A DNA stretch of 32,000 nucleotides from Prevotella phage Lak-C1. A model generated the notes under the pieces. It had not been told where the DNA came from. It did no database searches and saw only the letters and a program-made list of their open reading frames with translations. The stretch is from the sequence record MK250029.1. The stretch is one strand, 5' to 3'. The translations under genes and the position numbers were made by a program. How positions within the stretch are numbered: position 1 is the first letter of the stretch; each line of letters begins with the position of its first letter. Shown here in pieces: positions 1 to 10,636 of this stretch.

Positions 1-132
1 ACATTTCTTTTAGGATTTTTCGGTATTATCTTGTTGTTTGCATTTGCATGTGCAGTAATTCCAGTACTATTTAGTATTATTGGTATGGTATTACAATTCA
101 TTTGGGCAATTTTGACAGGTGATATACGATAA
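1..132 (+). CDS. C-terminal end of a small hydrophobic/membrane protein (truncated by window start)
   Basis: Open in frame 1 from base 1 (TFLLGFFGIILLFAFACAVIPVLFSIIGMVLQFIWAILTGDIR*), TAA at 130-132; hydrophobic. Confidence 0.6.
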   Translation, partial: TFLLGFFGIILLFAFACAVIPVLFSIIGMVLQFIWAILTGDIR

Positions 133-232
133 AAATAAAGTTTGTTTCAAACTATAAATGAAACTGGCGGCCTGTTATATTTTCTAAAAATATAACTTGT
201 ATAATTAATATAAAAATAAAAATATTTTAATT

Positions 233-505
233 ATGCGTACATGGCTTGATAAAAAAACGAATCAATGGGTATCAGAAAGACCTAAAATTACATGGACAGG
301 TTTAGTAGATATTAATACTGGTGAAAAAATATTCGAAGATGATACAATTTCTATTATAGATATTTGTACATATCCTATAAAAAACAGAGGACGTAAAATT
401 ATTACATTAAAACCTAATGATAAACATTTTAATATTTGGACATGTCCTGAATATTATCAAGATGAATGTAAACCAATATTAATTAAGAAAGGAGATACTA
501 AATGA
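233..505 (+). CDS. hypothetical protein
   Basis: 90-aa ORF with tight ATGA overlap to the next ORF. Confidence 0.6.
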   Translation: MRTWLDKKTNQWVSERPKITWTGLVDINTGEKIFEDDTISIIDICTYPIKNRGRKIITLKPNDKHFNIWTCPEYYQDECKPILIKKGDTK

Positions 506-1218
506 CTGCAGAATATAATAAAGGTTCAGAATGGTTAAATACTATTTTTAATAAGATTCCTTTTAGCAAAGACTTAGAGAAGTTATGGGATTCAGAAGAG
601 TATTCAAAACATTATAAAACAGATCATGATACTATAGATATTTCTAAATATGGTCCGTTTTTTGAGACTATTGAAGATGATATTTATAAGTTTTATGAAC
701 TTATGGAATATGGTTGTAATCATTTATGGATGTATTGGCCTTATAATAAAGAGATTGAAGATAACCTCATAAAGTTGGGTCTTATGTCTGGAAGAAATCG
801 CAATACACGTTGGTATAATGATCTTACAGAAATTAAGTATGAATATGATTATGAGCTGGGATATATGGGAACTCTAATGAATACATTTGGTAATTATAAT
901 AAATGTTATTATGATGAAGATTCTATAAGATTTTATCATTTTACATATAATAGTAATTGTCAGTCATTTGGTGGTGTTGTTTTATTTGTAGATAGATTAC
1001 ATCATGATATTTATATATTTGGTATAGGTGAAGATGATGGTTGGATGTTTCCTAATACTACATGGTACCATGATTATGAAAAATATGGTATAAACAAATA
1101 CGAATTGTGGCAACTTTGTGCAATGGTAAATGATGTACATGTAGATAATTTTGATAACCAATTGATTATAGAAAAATTGTACAACGAGTATACAAAATAT
1201 GAACACAAAAACATTTGA
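502..1218 (+). CDS. hypothetical protein
   Basis: 238-aa ORF, co-directional, overlaps both neighbours; ends at TGA. Confidence 0.65.
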   Translation: MTAEYNKGSEWLNTIFNKIPFSKDLEKLWDSEEYSKHYKTDHDTIDISKYGPFFETIEDDIYKFYELMEYGCNHLWMYWPYNKEIEDNLIKLGLMSGRNRNTRWYNDLTEIKYEYDYELGYMGTLMNTFGNYNKCYYDEDSIRFYHFTYNSNCQSFGGVVLFVDRLHHDIYIFGIGEDDGWMFPNTTWYHDYEKYGINKYELWQLCAMVNDVHVDNFDNQLIIEKLYNEYTKYEHKNI

Positions 1219-1501
1219 TGAATGGTCAAAGTCGTTGGAAACAATGGACTTTGACCATTATTCTTTAGAAATGAAAAACACTATTTTAAAAGGTAATCTT
1301 CCAGATAATGAAAAGAAACTTTTTGAAATTTGTTTTGATTATGTATATAAATTACATAAAGAAAATAAACCTTTAGATGTAAAATTACTGCAAATTCATC
1401 TTGAACAAATTCATGATTTTGAAGAAGTAAAGATGCAGGATTTTATACGTATAGTAATTTTATTAGGATATTGTGGTTTTAATATAACAATGTTGCATTA
1501 A
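1199..1501 (+). CDS. hypothetical protein
   Basis: 100-aa ORF overlapping the previous stop. Confidence 0.6.
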   Translation: MNTKTFDEWSKSLETMDFDHYSLEMKNTILKGNLPDNEKKLFEICFDYVYKLHKENKPLDVKLLQIHLEQIHDFEEVKMQDFIRIVILLGYCGFNITMLH

Positions 1502-1561
1502 AATATAAACTTTATTGTAATTTTATAATAAAATATACATAATAAATTAATTCAATTTTTA

Positions 1562-2584
1562 ATGGACGTTACTAAAATAAAAACATATTTAGCAAGTAAT
1601 AAAGTTTGTTTTGTTACAAACTCATTAGCAATGCCGAGTACGTTATTAGTTTCATCTCTAAAAACATATATAGAATATATTCCTATATAGAATTTCTGGT
1701 TAATTCCTGGTATAAGAGATAATAAACCATTTTATGGAATAGATGCATTTCTTTTAATGTTGAATTATTTCTTATCAAATAAGAATTTTGATTATGTTAT
1801 CTATATAGATGAAGATTGTTTTATAACTGATTTTTATTCATTAGTAAATGAATTTATGAATTTTACAGAAAGTGGTTGTGTATTAGCAGGACCACAAGAT
1901 GGTGGAGTTTTTTGTCATAGAAATCATAGTCGATTGATGATTAATACTTTCTTAAGTTTTTGGAATATAAAATTACTTAGAGATAAAAAAATAACATTTG
2001 ATAATATTATTAATTATATTTCTAATGAATTTAAAAATAATTCCAATACTTTATATAAAAATTTTATACAGAAATTAATAATTAATAATGATAAATTATT
2101 ATTTACGTATATGAATGAAAAATCAATGAATATGATAAACGATGTAAAAACATTTCGTGAAAGTAGAGTTGATTTACCAAATCATGAAACACCTTATTGT
2201 AAAATAGTAAGAGATGATCCTAACAACAAGATAGAGCCTCATCAAATTCCATATAGTTGGGATGACGATGTTGCAGAAATTAATTTTGAACCTTATTATA
2301 TAATTGAACAAGCATTAATAATATTATCTGATTCACCGATATATTATTTGTTTGGAACAGACTTATATGATTCAGATTATATAAAGAGAAATGTAACATT
2401 TGATACATCAGGATTAACATCTGCAATTTTTTCTTATAAACCTGATAATGAGTTTTATGATAGAAAATTGATTGCTGTTCATACATGGTTTAGCAGAGCA
2501 TATACAAAATGGCCTCAAACAGAAGAACAGTTAAATCATACAAAACGAATTAATTCAATTATTAAGAATTTTTCTAGAATTTAA
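1562..2584 (+). CDS. glycosyltransferase-like protein (GT-A-like, DED motif)
   Basis: Track ORF 1757-2584 extends in frame to ATG 1562 through TAG 1688-1690: MDVTKIKTYLASNKVCFVTNSLAMPSTLLVSSLKTYIEYIPI[Q]NFWLIPG...; FDYVIYIDEDCFI resembles a GT metal-binding DxD region. Confidence 0.55.
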
Positions 2585-2651
2585 TATAAACTTTTTAATT
2601 AAATTCAACTATAATTAACATAATAAAAACATTTAATAAAGATTAATAATA

Positions 2652-3530
2652 ATGAATTTAGTTTTTAAAAATAAAGGTACTACTGCTGGATTTGCTGCAT
2701 GGCTTTCTGCTTTTAAGGAAATTCAAAGTTCACTTCTTATTGAATGTGATTTGAAAGAGCAATGCTTTGTTTCGAAAGGATTTACTGCAGATCATACAGT
2801 TGTAAAGTATTCTAAGATTTCATTTGATAATGCAGGTTTGGAAATTCTCAATATTAGAGATAATGATAATGTTGCATATTCAGTGGAGGAATGGAATGAA
2901 AAGTATAATGTACGTATTAAGATTGGTATCTTCATGATTCTACCTAAATTTATTTCTGTAATTGATATTTTTAAAGATACAGATTTTAATTTTACTGTAG
3001 ATTTTGATGTATATAAATCACATACTGGTGATGAATTTCATGCACAGGCAATTAAGATTAAATCACGTACAAATAGTATGAAGGTAAAGGATTGTAATAT
3101 CTCTGAGTTTGAACAGGTTTCAGATGATTTGTTCTTTACACGAATTAATGTGATTGATAAGCCGATGTCATTTGAGATTCCTATGAGTGTATTGAAGAAT
3201 TTGACAAGTATTTCTGGTATTTTTGTAACAGATGCAAAGAAAGATATTATCAAATTTTATACAAAAATTGATGAAGGAACAAACAAATGGGGACTTTATG
3301 CGTATGATGATACAAATGAGTCTTATGATTATCTCTTAGGCTTTTTGACAAATGGTGAAGGTGTAGAGAATAGTGTTCCTATTTATAGAAGTAATTTCTT
3401 TACAGCAATTAATTTAAAAGGTGGTGATGATAGTGTTATTATTACATTACCTGCAGATTCAAAACAGAAAGTACGTGTAGAATCAGTTGATGGTACTTCA
3501 TATACAGTTTTATCAACTGTAACACAGTAA
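2652..3530 (+). CDS. possible divergent sliding clamp / replication accessory protein
   Basis: 292-aa ORF; two-part beta-rich layout reminiscent of clamp loader partners; weak family call only. Confidence 0.35.
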   Translation: MNLVFKNKGTTAGFAAWLSAFKEIQSSLLIECDLKEQCFVSKGFTADHTVVKYSKISFDNAGLEILNIRDNDNVAYSVEEWNEKYNVRIKIGIFMILPKFISVIDIFKDTDFNFTVDFDVYKSHTGDEFHAQAIKIKSRTNSMKVKDCNISEFEQVSDDLFFTRINVIDKPMSFEIPMSVLKNLTSISGIFVTDAKKDIIKFYTKIDEGTNKWGLYAYDDTNESYDYLLGFLTNGEGVENSVPIYRSNFFTAINLKGGDDSVIITLPADSKQKVRVESVDGTSYTVLSTVTQ

Positions 3531-3599
3531 TTAATAAATAATAATTTTAATATTTAATTTTATAAGTTTTTAAGTTTAATTTTTTAAAAATACTTTTTA

Positions 3600-4709
3600 A
3601 TGGCAAAATTTAATGAATTGACTCAGCGTTATGAGTGGGACGAACCTAAAGATGGTTCATTTAATTGGACTCCATATGAAGATGGATGGAATGGTACTTC
3701 ACTTAAGGTGAATAAGAATATTAAGACAAAGAATAATGAGAAGGTATTTAGTCATGAATCTTATGCACAGGAATTGTATGATGCATATGCAAATGTTCAT
3801 GTAATTGGTAGTAAGGAACTTGTTAAGAATTCACTTGTTCATATTTCTGATATTGATACAATTGATGATGATACATTGATGCTTACTATTAATGGTGGTT
3901 CTAATAATGTAGTTGTTGACCTTAATAAGGAACATCAGTTCTTCAACCAGTTTAATGTTGGTGATGATAAGACAATGGATAAGGAAATGTTTGTAGAAGC
4001 ATTGAAGGATCCTAAGTTTAAGGAACAACTTCTTGGTATGGATTTGAATGCTAAGATTACAGAGGGTGATGTTGAGAAGGCGTCTATCTGGAATGGTTAT
4101 GTTGAAACACTTGAACGTGAGATGAAGGAGCAGATCACTAAGAAGTCTAAGGCATATTATGCAACAATTATGTCTACTAATAAGGGTGGATTTGTTGTTG
4201 ATATTATGAATACCGTTAAGGCGTTTATGCCAGGTTCTATGGCTGCTGCAAACCGTGTTACTGATTTTGAGAGCATGGTTGGTAAGAAGTTTGAGGTTAT
4301 GATTGAATCATATGATCCTAATTATGGATTTGTAGTAAGTCGTAAGAAGTTCTTGAAGACAATGCTTCCTGTTAAGCTTCGTGAACTTGAGGATATGTTG
4401 GAAACCGATAAGGACCATGTATTTGAGGGTAAGGTAACAGGTACTACATCATTTGGTGTATTCGTAGAGCTTGATGAATTTATTACAGGTATGTTGCATA
4501 AGACACTTGTAAAGGATGAGACACGTGAGGCTATGCGTAATAATGAGATTGTTGCGGGTTCAAATGTACAGGTATATGTACATAAGATTGAGAAGAATCG
4601 CGTAATTTTGTCAGATGTTCCATCTGATGAGCGTGATGCGGTTATTGCTCGCCGTGAGGCTGAAGAGGCTGCAGCAGATGCAGAAAAAGAAGAGAATAAA
4701 GTTAATTAA
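3600..4709 (+). CDS. S1 RNA-binding-domain protein (ribosomal protein S1-like)
   Basis: FEGKVTGTTSFGVFVELDEFITGMLHKTL...VQVYVHKIEKNRVILSD is a typical S1 fold; a second S1-like segment (YYATIMSTNKGGFVVDI...VMIESYDPNYGFVVSRK) lies upstream. Confidence 0.75.
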   Translation: MAKFNELTQRYEWDEPKDGSFNWTPYEDGWNGTSLKVNKNIKTKNNEKVFSHESYAQELYDAYANVHVIGSKELVKNSLVHISDIDTIDDDTLMLTINGGSNNVVVDLNKEHQFFNQFNVGDDKTMDKEMFVEALKDPKFKEQLLGMDLNAKITEGDVEKASIWNGYVETLEREMKEQITKKSKAYYATIMSTNKGGFVVDIMNTVKAFMPGSMAAANRVTDFESMVGKKFEVMIESYDPNYGFVVSRKKFLKTMLPVKLRELEDMLETDKDHVFEGKVTGTTSFGVFVELDEFITGMLHKTLVKDETREAMRNNEIVAGSNVQVYVHKIEKNRVILSDVPSDERDAVIARREAEEAAADAEKEENKVN

Positions 4710-5005
4710 TGGAAAATAATAAACTTTTTGGAAACACTGCAGGTAATGTTAATATGCCTGCAGTGAATCCTTTAGATTATCCATCTGAAGTATGTCCAAA
4801 TTGCGGATGTGAAATATTCGTACCAGGTATTATATTTAAGAAAATTCCTGGTGTATTGATTGGACAAGGTTCAGATGATACACAAGTTCCTTTGAAGATT
4901 TTTTATTGTGCTAATTGTAGAGAATTAAGTCCGTATGATAAAAAAATTATAGAAAAAGGAAAGAAGAAAGTAGAAGAATCAAAAAAATCAAATTTAATTG
5001 TTTAA
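4709..5005 (+). CDS. zinc-ribbon-like small protein
   Basis: 98 aa with CPNCGC...CANC; start codon overlaps the upstream stop (TAATG). Confidence 0.6.
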   Translation: MENNKLFGNTAGNVNMPAVNPLDYPSEVCPNCGCEIFVPGIIFKKIPGVLIGQGSDDTQVPLKIFYCANCRELSPYDKKIIEKGKKKVEESKKSNLIV

Positions 5006-5011
5006 ATTAAT

Positions 5012-5248
5012 ATGGAAGATATAAAGGTAATGCAACCATCTGATGGTAATAAGTTCTATATGTGTACCGTTGTAATCGATGCAGAAAATCCTGATAATGG
5101 AAAACCTAAGAAACAAACAGAAGTTCATTTGATTGAAGGTCCAACAGTAGGTTTTGTTGAGAAAAAGGTAACAGAGCAAATGGCGGGAACTATGTTTTCA
5201 TGGCATATAAAGAATATAAGTGAGTCAAAGATTCAATTTGTATATTAA
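5012..5248 (+). CDS. hypothetical protein
   Basis: 78-aa ORF in a co-directional cluster. Confidence 0.6.
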   Translation: MEDIKVMQPSDGNKFYMCTVVIDAENPDNGKPKKQTEVHLIEGPTVGFVEKKVTEQMAGTMFSWHIKNISESKIQFVY

Positions 5249-5266
5249 TATAAATTTTATTAACAT

Positions 5267-5309
5267 AAGGATATTATCAAATTTAATTCTTTGATAATAT
5301 CCTTTTTAT
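5267..5309 (+). terminator. Rho-independent-type terminator
   Basis: Perfect 15-bp stem AAGGATATTATCAAA / TTTGATAATATCCTT (8-nt loop) followed by a T-rich tract. Confidence 0.75.
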
Positions 5310-5320
5310 TTTTATCTACT

Positions 5321-6133
5321 ATGAAATTTAAAAATTTAGAAGATAGGATGTTATACCTAAGAAGTTTAACAGACTATAAACTTATTCCAAATGATTATGT
5401 TTTAATTATGCTTGATGGTAGATCTTTTTCATCTACAATTAAACGGTATTTCAAAAAACCATTTGATGATACATTTATTAATATTATGAATGAAACAGCA
5501 TTATATTTGTGTAATAATGTACAAGGTTGTAAATTTGCATATGTACAATCTGATGAAATTTCATTAATATTAACAGATTTTGAAACACCAGAAACAGACT
5601 CATTTTTTGGATATAGATTAGAAAAAATTTTATCATTATGTGCATCTATTGCAACATCTAAATTTAATCAATTAATGACAATTGAAGCGATTAATCGTTG
5701 TAATAAAGACACATATAATAAAGATGAAATTTTCAATTTAATTATGGATATGAAATTGCATCAGTTTGATTGTAAAGCATGGAATGTTTCATCATATAAT
5801 GATATATTTGCATGGCTACAATATCGTCAAAATGATTGTGAACGAAATAGTAAACAACAAACAGCAAGAGCATATCTATCTCATAAAGAATGTACAGGTA
5901 AACAAGCAGATGAACAAATTTCAGTACTAAAAGATAAGTATAATATTGATTGGAATGGTTTTGATGATGGAAAAAAATATGGACGTTTCATTTATAAAGA
6001 GCAAGTTCATATGAAATCAGAGCAGTTTGGAGAGTTTATCAGAGATAAATTTGTAGTTCACAATGCATGGTTACTGCGTGATGAAAATGGTAAGAAAAAC
6101 TTCGAAAAACTATCAAAAATTCCACAAAAATGA
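5321..6133 (+). CDS. thg1: Thg1-like protein (tRNA-His guanylyltransferase family, 3'-5' nucleotidyltransferase)
   Basis: MLDGRSFSS..., FAYVQSDEISLIL, KAWNVSSYNDIFAWLQYRQNDCERNSKQQTAR are Thg1-family signatures. The track start at 5291 lies inside the terminator hairpin, so ATG 5321 is preferred. Confidence 0.85.
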   Translation: MKFKNLEDRMLYLRSLTDYKLIPNDYVLIMLDGRSFSSTIKRYFKKPFDDTFINIMNETALYLCNNVQGCKFAYVQSDEISLILTDFETPETDSFFGYRLEKILSLCASIATSKFNQLMTIEAINRCNKDTYNKDEIFNLIMDMKLHQFDCKAWNVSSYNDIFAWLQYRQNDCERNSKQQTARAYLSHKECTGKQADEQISVLKDKYNIDWNGFDDGKKYGRFIYKEQVHMKSEQFGEFIRDKFVVHNAWLLRDENGKKNFEKLSKIPQK

Positions 6134-6140
6134 TATAAAA

Positions 6141-6193
6141 ATTGAGAAATTTTTAACTTTTGATAAAAGACATATAAAATTTCTCAATTTTTT
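6141..6193 (+). terminator. terminator-like hairpin
   Basis: ATTGAGAAATTT ... AAATTTCTCAAT inverted repeat followed by T tract after the thg1 stop. Confidence 0.6.
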
Positions 6194-6256
6194 AATTGTT
6201 AATAAACTTTAATACTTTTATCTACTATAAATTAAAACAAATATAAGAATTCGTCT

Positions 6257-7753
6257 ATGAATAATACGTATCTTGAAAACGTTATATTCTTTTATATAAT
6301 TAAAAATTTAAATCTTGTTTAGTCATTTAAAGGAAGTTATTTTACTAATCCTTATTTAAAAACTTTATTTGATATTATTAAACCACATATATTGGAATAT
6401 AGAGCTGAACCAACTGAACAGCAATCTATAGATTTAGTAAAACTTGCAAATAAAGAAGATAAGGTAACAGAAGATCAAATACATGCTTTATGGCAAACAA
6501 GAGATATGGTTAGCCAATATACAGATGAATGGTTAAATCAGAATACATAGGCATTTGGTGAATGGCAAAACCTTATGAGTGGTCTTAGACGTGTTATTGA
6601 ATATGTAAAAACTATTCAAGCTGATGTTACATTTGAAAATTGTGCAGAGATTGTTCAGCATGCGAAATCAATGTTTCAATCAGATACTAATTTTACATTG
6701 AACAATTCAAAAGGACATGATTTCTTTGATCCTGTTAATCATAAGCAAACTGAACTTGAAACTAGAAAGACTGGTTATAATTTTGTTGATCAGTGTTTGA
6801 AAGGTGGTTGGGCGAATAAAACATTAAATGTATTTATGGGTTCACCAAAAGTAGGTAAGTCTATGTGGCTTTGTAATTTATGTGCTAATTCTGTAAGAAA
6901 TGGAGAGAATTCTGCATATATTACATTGGAGATGGCGTATCAGCTTGTTGCACAACGTATCGGTTCAAATCTTTTTAATATTCCTATCGAAGAATATGAA
7001 AAAAGTGCTGCAGATGCAAATTTTATGCAACAGAAGATGAAAGAATTTTATATGAATTCACTTATCACACCAGGTAAGTTTATCATAGAAGAATTTCCAA
7101 CATCATCTGCAACTGTATATGATATAGAATCTTTCTTACTTAAATTAGAGGAAGAACTTTCTACTGAAACAAAACCTTTTAAATTTAAGAACATTTTCAT
7201 TGATTATGTTAATATCATGAAAGATGCGAAGAATCCTAATTCAGAAAGTACATATTTGAAAATTAAGTCTATTTGTGAAGATGTTCGTGCGATGGCACAA
7301 AGAAATAACTGGTGTGTTATTTCTTTAACTCAGACAAATAGAACTGCATATGATTCAACTGATATTGGTATGAGTAATGTTTCTGAATCTGGTGGTTTGA
7401 TTGCAACAGTTGATAGTTTATTCGGTATTATTCAATCTTCAATGATGCGTGTTGATAATACATATTATTTAAAAGCTGTTGCTATTCGAAATTCTGGACA
7501 TATGGGAGATAAAAAGAAATTTGATTTTAATCCAACATATTTAAGAATTGAAGAAAATCTTGATGAAAATATTATTCCTGAAAATGTATCACTTGATGGT
7601 TTAGTAAAAGATAAACATAAGAATGATAATACAGGAAATAATAATTATCAGCAATATCCTACAAATGTTGGAGTTCGTCCAAATGTAATAGAATCACCTC
7701 AATTAGGATTAACAGAAACACAAATACAGGCACAAGATTTATTTAGCATGTAA
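6257..7753 (+). CDS. DnaB-like replicative helicase (RecA fold)
   Basis: Walker A GSPKVGKSMW, Walker B-like NIFIDYVNIM. In-frame extension of the track ORF (6575) back to ATG 6257 through TAGs at 6320 and 6548 (...NLNLV[Q]SFKGSYFTNP...DEWLNQNT[Q]AFGEWQNLMSGLRR). Confidence 0.85.
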
Positions 7754-7821
7754 TAAACATTTTTTAATTTTTATTATATAATTAATATATACTAAAAATA
7801 TCAAACATTATAAAAAGCAAT

Positions 7822-8313
7822 ATGGCAAGAATTAATACTACAAAGATGCTTAGTAATGATGGGTATTTTTCAAGTAATGACTATAATCCTGATCTTTCTA
7901 ATCAAACAATGACTGTATCACCTCTTGTGGCAGATTAGTATGACTACGCTATGACTGATGATATAGTCTTGTTACATGAAAGAAAAGATACAGAAGAAAT
8001 ATTATATAACATATGGATTAATTCACCATATGCTAAACAATATGAGGTAAATTCTTCTACTTTTGTCATACCAAAGATACCTAAAGAAGAAACAAGTAAA
8101 ATCTTTTATTACATGAAAAATAAGCTTGCAGAAGTAAAAACGTTATCTGCATATGAAATGGTAATCGCTATAAATGAATTCTTTAATTTTAATTATGATT
8201 ATGTGGTAAAGAAAGTATTATCACCTAAACTTAAAGCAGAGATATTAGCAGATTATTATAACAATGGAATGAAGGAACGAATGGATACTAATGCATCTGT
8301 GAAATTATTTTAA
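7822..8313 (+). CDS. hypothetical protein
   Basis: Track ORF 7951-8313 extends to ATG 7822 through TAG 7936: MARINTTKMLSNDGYFSSNDYNPDLSNQTMTVSPLVAD[Q]YDYAMTDD... Confidence 0.6.
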
Positions 8314-8332
8314 TATATTATAGCACTATTAT

Positions 8333-8587
8333 ATGAATACAGAGTTATTAGAAAAACTTAATAAATTACATGAACAAATTCAAACGACAAAAGGCCAAAT
8401 TGAATCATGTAAAACATTAAAGCATTATCGTAATATAAGATGGATTATGAGAGGATATGATCATGATTATATCAATATGGTATTAAGTGATGAAGAAATG
8501 CGATTAATGGAAGATTTTCTTGATAAATTGATATACAAGAAAGAAAAAGAATTAAATGTTCTCAAAGAACAATTTTCTAAATATTAA
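8333..8587 (+). CDS. hypothetical coiled-coil-like protein
   Basis: 84-aa ORF. Confidence 0.5.
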   Translation: MNTELLEKLNKLHEQIQTTKGQIESCKTLKHYRNIRWIMRGYDHDYINMVLSDEEMRLMEDFLDKLIYKKEKELNVLKEQFSKY

Positions 8588-8700
8588 TAATTTTTGTTTA
8601 TTTTTATAAAATAAACTGGTGAAACGTGATATTAAAGTGGAGATTCGAACTAAGATGACATCAGAAAAAAATTAGTATTTTAATGTAACAGAAGTTTATT

Positions 8701-10239
8701 ATGAGATTTATTAAGTCAAAGGAAAGCGAATTACATCCTAATTATGTATCAAGAGTAATTCGCATTAAGGAAGAGGATTTTTCTCCACATCCTCATCCAG
8801 ATGTAACAAAGTTAAAGTGTTGCAGAATTGGTGGAGATACTATATATAATGTTATTGTAAGTATAGATTCAAAACCTGGAAAATATGTATTTTTCCCTGC
8901 AAGTACAAAGATCAATCCTGAATTTTTACGATATGCTAACTTATATCGCGATCCTGAAATGAATAGTAATCCAAATAAGACAGGATTTTTTGAAGAGAAT
9001 GGTAGGGTAAAGTCACTTAAATTAAAAGCATCCTATGAAAAAACAGATCCATTAACGGGAGTAAAGGAAAATATATTTTTACCTAATGGTGTTTCAGATG
9101 GATTCTTGATTGAATTACAAGTTGTTCTAAATTTTATATTAGATACGTTTAATATAGAAGTAAATGAAAATGATATACCTGATGATACATGGTTTGATAC
9201 TATTGAACATGAAGGAAAGGTTTGCTGGTTATCTAAGAAGTTTATTCCTAAAGTATTTACTGCAAAGAATAAAACAGGTGGTGATCAATCAAGATATAAG
9301 AGACGTCAGAAGAAATTAAAGAGGTTTAATAGAGTTATACCTGAACAGTTTAGATTTCATTATGATTCAACATTGGTAAAGAAGGTACCATTTGTTGTAC
9401 AACCTACTGATTATATTCATATTTCGGGTAAAATGCATGGTTCAAGTTCGATTTTTTCTTATGTTTTATGTAAGAAAAAGTTAAATTGGAAGCAGAAAAT
9501 TGCAAAGTATTTAACTGGTTATGAATTTAATAAGTATGATTATTTATATGCATCTAGAACTGTTATTAAGAATCAATATATCATGAAAGAAGCAGGTAAA
9601 ACCGGTAATGTTTATCATGTTGGTTTTTATGGATGTGATATATGGGGTGAAGCATTTAAAATTGTTAAGCCACATCTTATTAAGGGAATGTCAGTTTATG
9701 CAGAAATTGTAGGATATACATCAACTAATAAGTATATACAAAAAGATTATGACTATGGATGTGTTCCATTGAAGGATGGTGAAGATTATACATATGGAAA
9801 GCATTTTAAGATTTATGTATATCGTGTAACATTAACAAATGTCGATGGTGAAGTACATGAATTTTCACCAAGAGAAGTTCAAATATGGTGTAAGAATAAT
9901 GATCTTATTGCAGTTCCTGAATATTATTATGGTAAAGCAAAAGATTTGTATCCAGATCTTGATATAACAAATCATTGGCATGAAAATTTCTGGAATCGTA
10001 TGGCATCTGATAAAAATTTCTATATGGAAATGGATTCACCTGATTGTATAAATAAGGTTCCACATGAAGGTGTTGTTATTAAGATAGATGATATGATTCC
10101 TCGCGCATTCAAATTAAAGAGTTACCGCTTTTGCAATAAGGAAGAGAAAGAGTTAGATGCTGGTATAACAAATATTGAAGATGCACAATCTGAAAATATT
10201 GATAATGATGATTCAAATAGTTATATTGATGAACAATAA
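8701..10239 (+). CDS. RNA ligase family protein (with N-terminal extension)
   Basis: Nucleotidyltransferase motif I ISGKMHGSSS, later EGVVIKID (motif IV-like) and AFKLKS (motif V-like). Confidence 0.75.
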   Translation: MRFIKSKESELHPNYVSRVIRIKEEDFSPHPHPDVTKLKCCRIGGDTIYNVIVSIDSKPGKYVFFPASTKINPEFLRYANLYRDPEMNSNPNKTGFFEENGRVKSLKLKASYEKTDPLTGVKENIFLPNGVSDGFLIELQVVLNFILDTFNIEVNENDIPDDTWFDTIEHEGKVCWLSKKFIPKVFTAKNKTGGDQSRYKRRQKKLKRFNRVIPEQFRFHYDSTLVKKVPFVVQPTDYIHISGKMHGSSSIFSYVLCKKKLNWKQKIAKYLTGYEFNKYDYLYASRTVIKNQYIMKEAGKTGNVYHVGFYGCDIWGEAFKIVKPHLIKGMSVYAEIVGYTSTNKYIQKDYDYGCVPLKDGEDYTYGKHFKIYVYRVTLTNVDGEVHEFSPREVQIWCKNNDLIAVPEYYYGKAKDLYPDLDITNHWHENFWNRMASDKNFYMEMDSPDCINKVPHEGVVIKIDDMIPRAFKLKSYRFCNKEEKELDAGITNIEDAQSENIDNDDSNSYIDEQ

Positions 10240-10244
10240 TTAAT

Positions 10245-10290
10245 AAATGATGATATTATATTGGAAAAATATGGTATCATCATTTTTTTG
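10245..10290 (+). terminator. terminator-like hairpin
   Basis: AAATGATGATA ... TATCATCATTT followed by T tract. Confidence 0.6.
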
Positions 10291-10347
10291 TTTTAAAAAA
10301 TATGTGTATCTTTGTAATGTAATAATTCAATTATAAAAATAAGAAAT

Positions 10348-10608
10348 ATGAATACAACATTAATAGAAATGATTAAAAACGAATATAAGAATCGTTTTAA
10401 TAAAGAATTGACAGATAATGATACATTAAATACATTAGCTGCAGAAGCATCATATATTCAGCAGGAAACATCTGATCTTATTGTTGATAAGGATGAGTTC
10501 ACAAAGTTTTCTGTAATGTATGCATTTGATCGTGTATTTAATACAAATACGTGTATGGATTTTCTTCCATTTGATAATACTATTCTTGATGATGATCTTC
10601 CTTTTTAA
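10348..10608 (+). CDS. hypothetical protein
   Basis: 86-aa ORF. Confidence 0.6.
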   Translation: MNTTLIEMIKNEYKNRFNKELTDNDTLNTLAAEASYIQQETSDLIVDKDEFTKFSVMYAFDRVFNTNTCMDFLPFDNTILDDDLPF

Positions 10609-10636
10609 CTGATTGTTTAATAATTAATATATAAAA

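Noticed and set aside
997-1206. Minus-strand ORF of 69 aa
   Set aside because: Lies wholly inside a longer co-directional plus ORF, low-complexity translation, no motifs; typical shadow ORF of AT-rich coding DNA. Same verdict for minus ORFs 2280-2486, 3038-3253, 3831-4028, 4994-5179, 13945-14292, 16857-17042 (+), 17798-18079, 17895-18086 (+), 19626-19910, 20830-21084, 22652-22870 and 27047-27268.
5291-5320. Track-reported start of the Thg1-like ORF (MIISFLFLST...)
   Set aside because: These codons coincide with the right arm of a terminator hairpin and its T tract; homology begins at MKFKNLEDRM (5321).
8632-8660. GTGGAGATTCGAAC, whose reverse complement looks like a tRNA T-arm (GTTCGAATCTCCAC)
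   Set aside because: The T-stem does not pair properly and I find no anticodon or D arm on that strand; a similar AAAGTGGAGATT at about 15970 is also not part of a tRNA.
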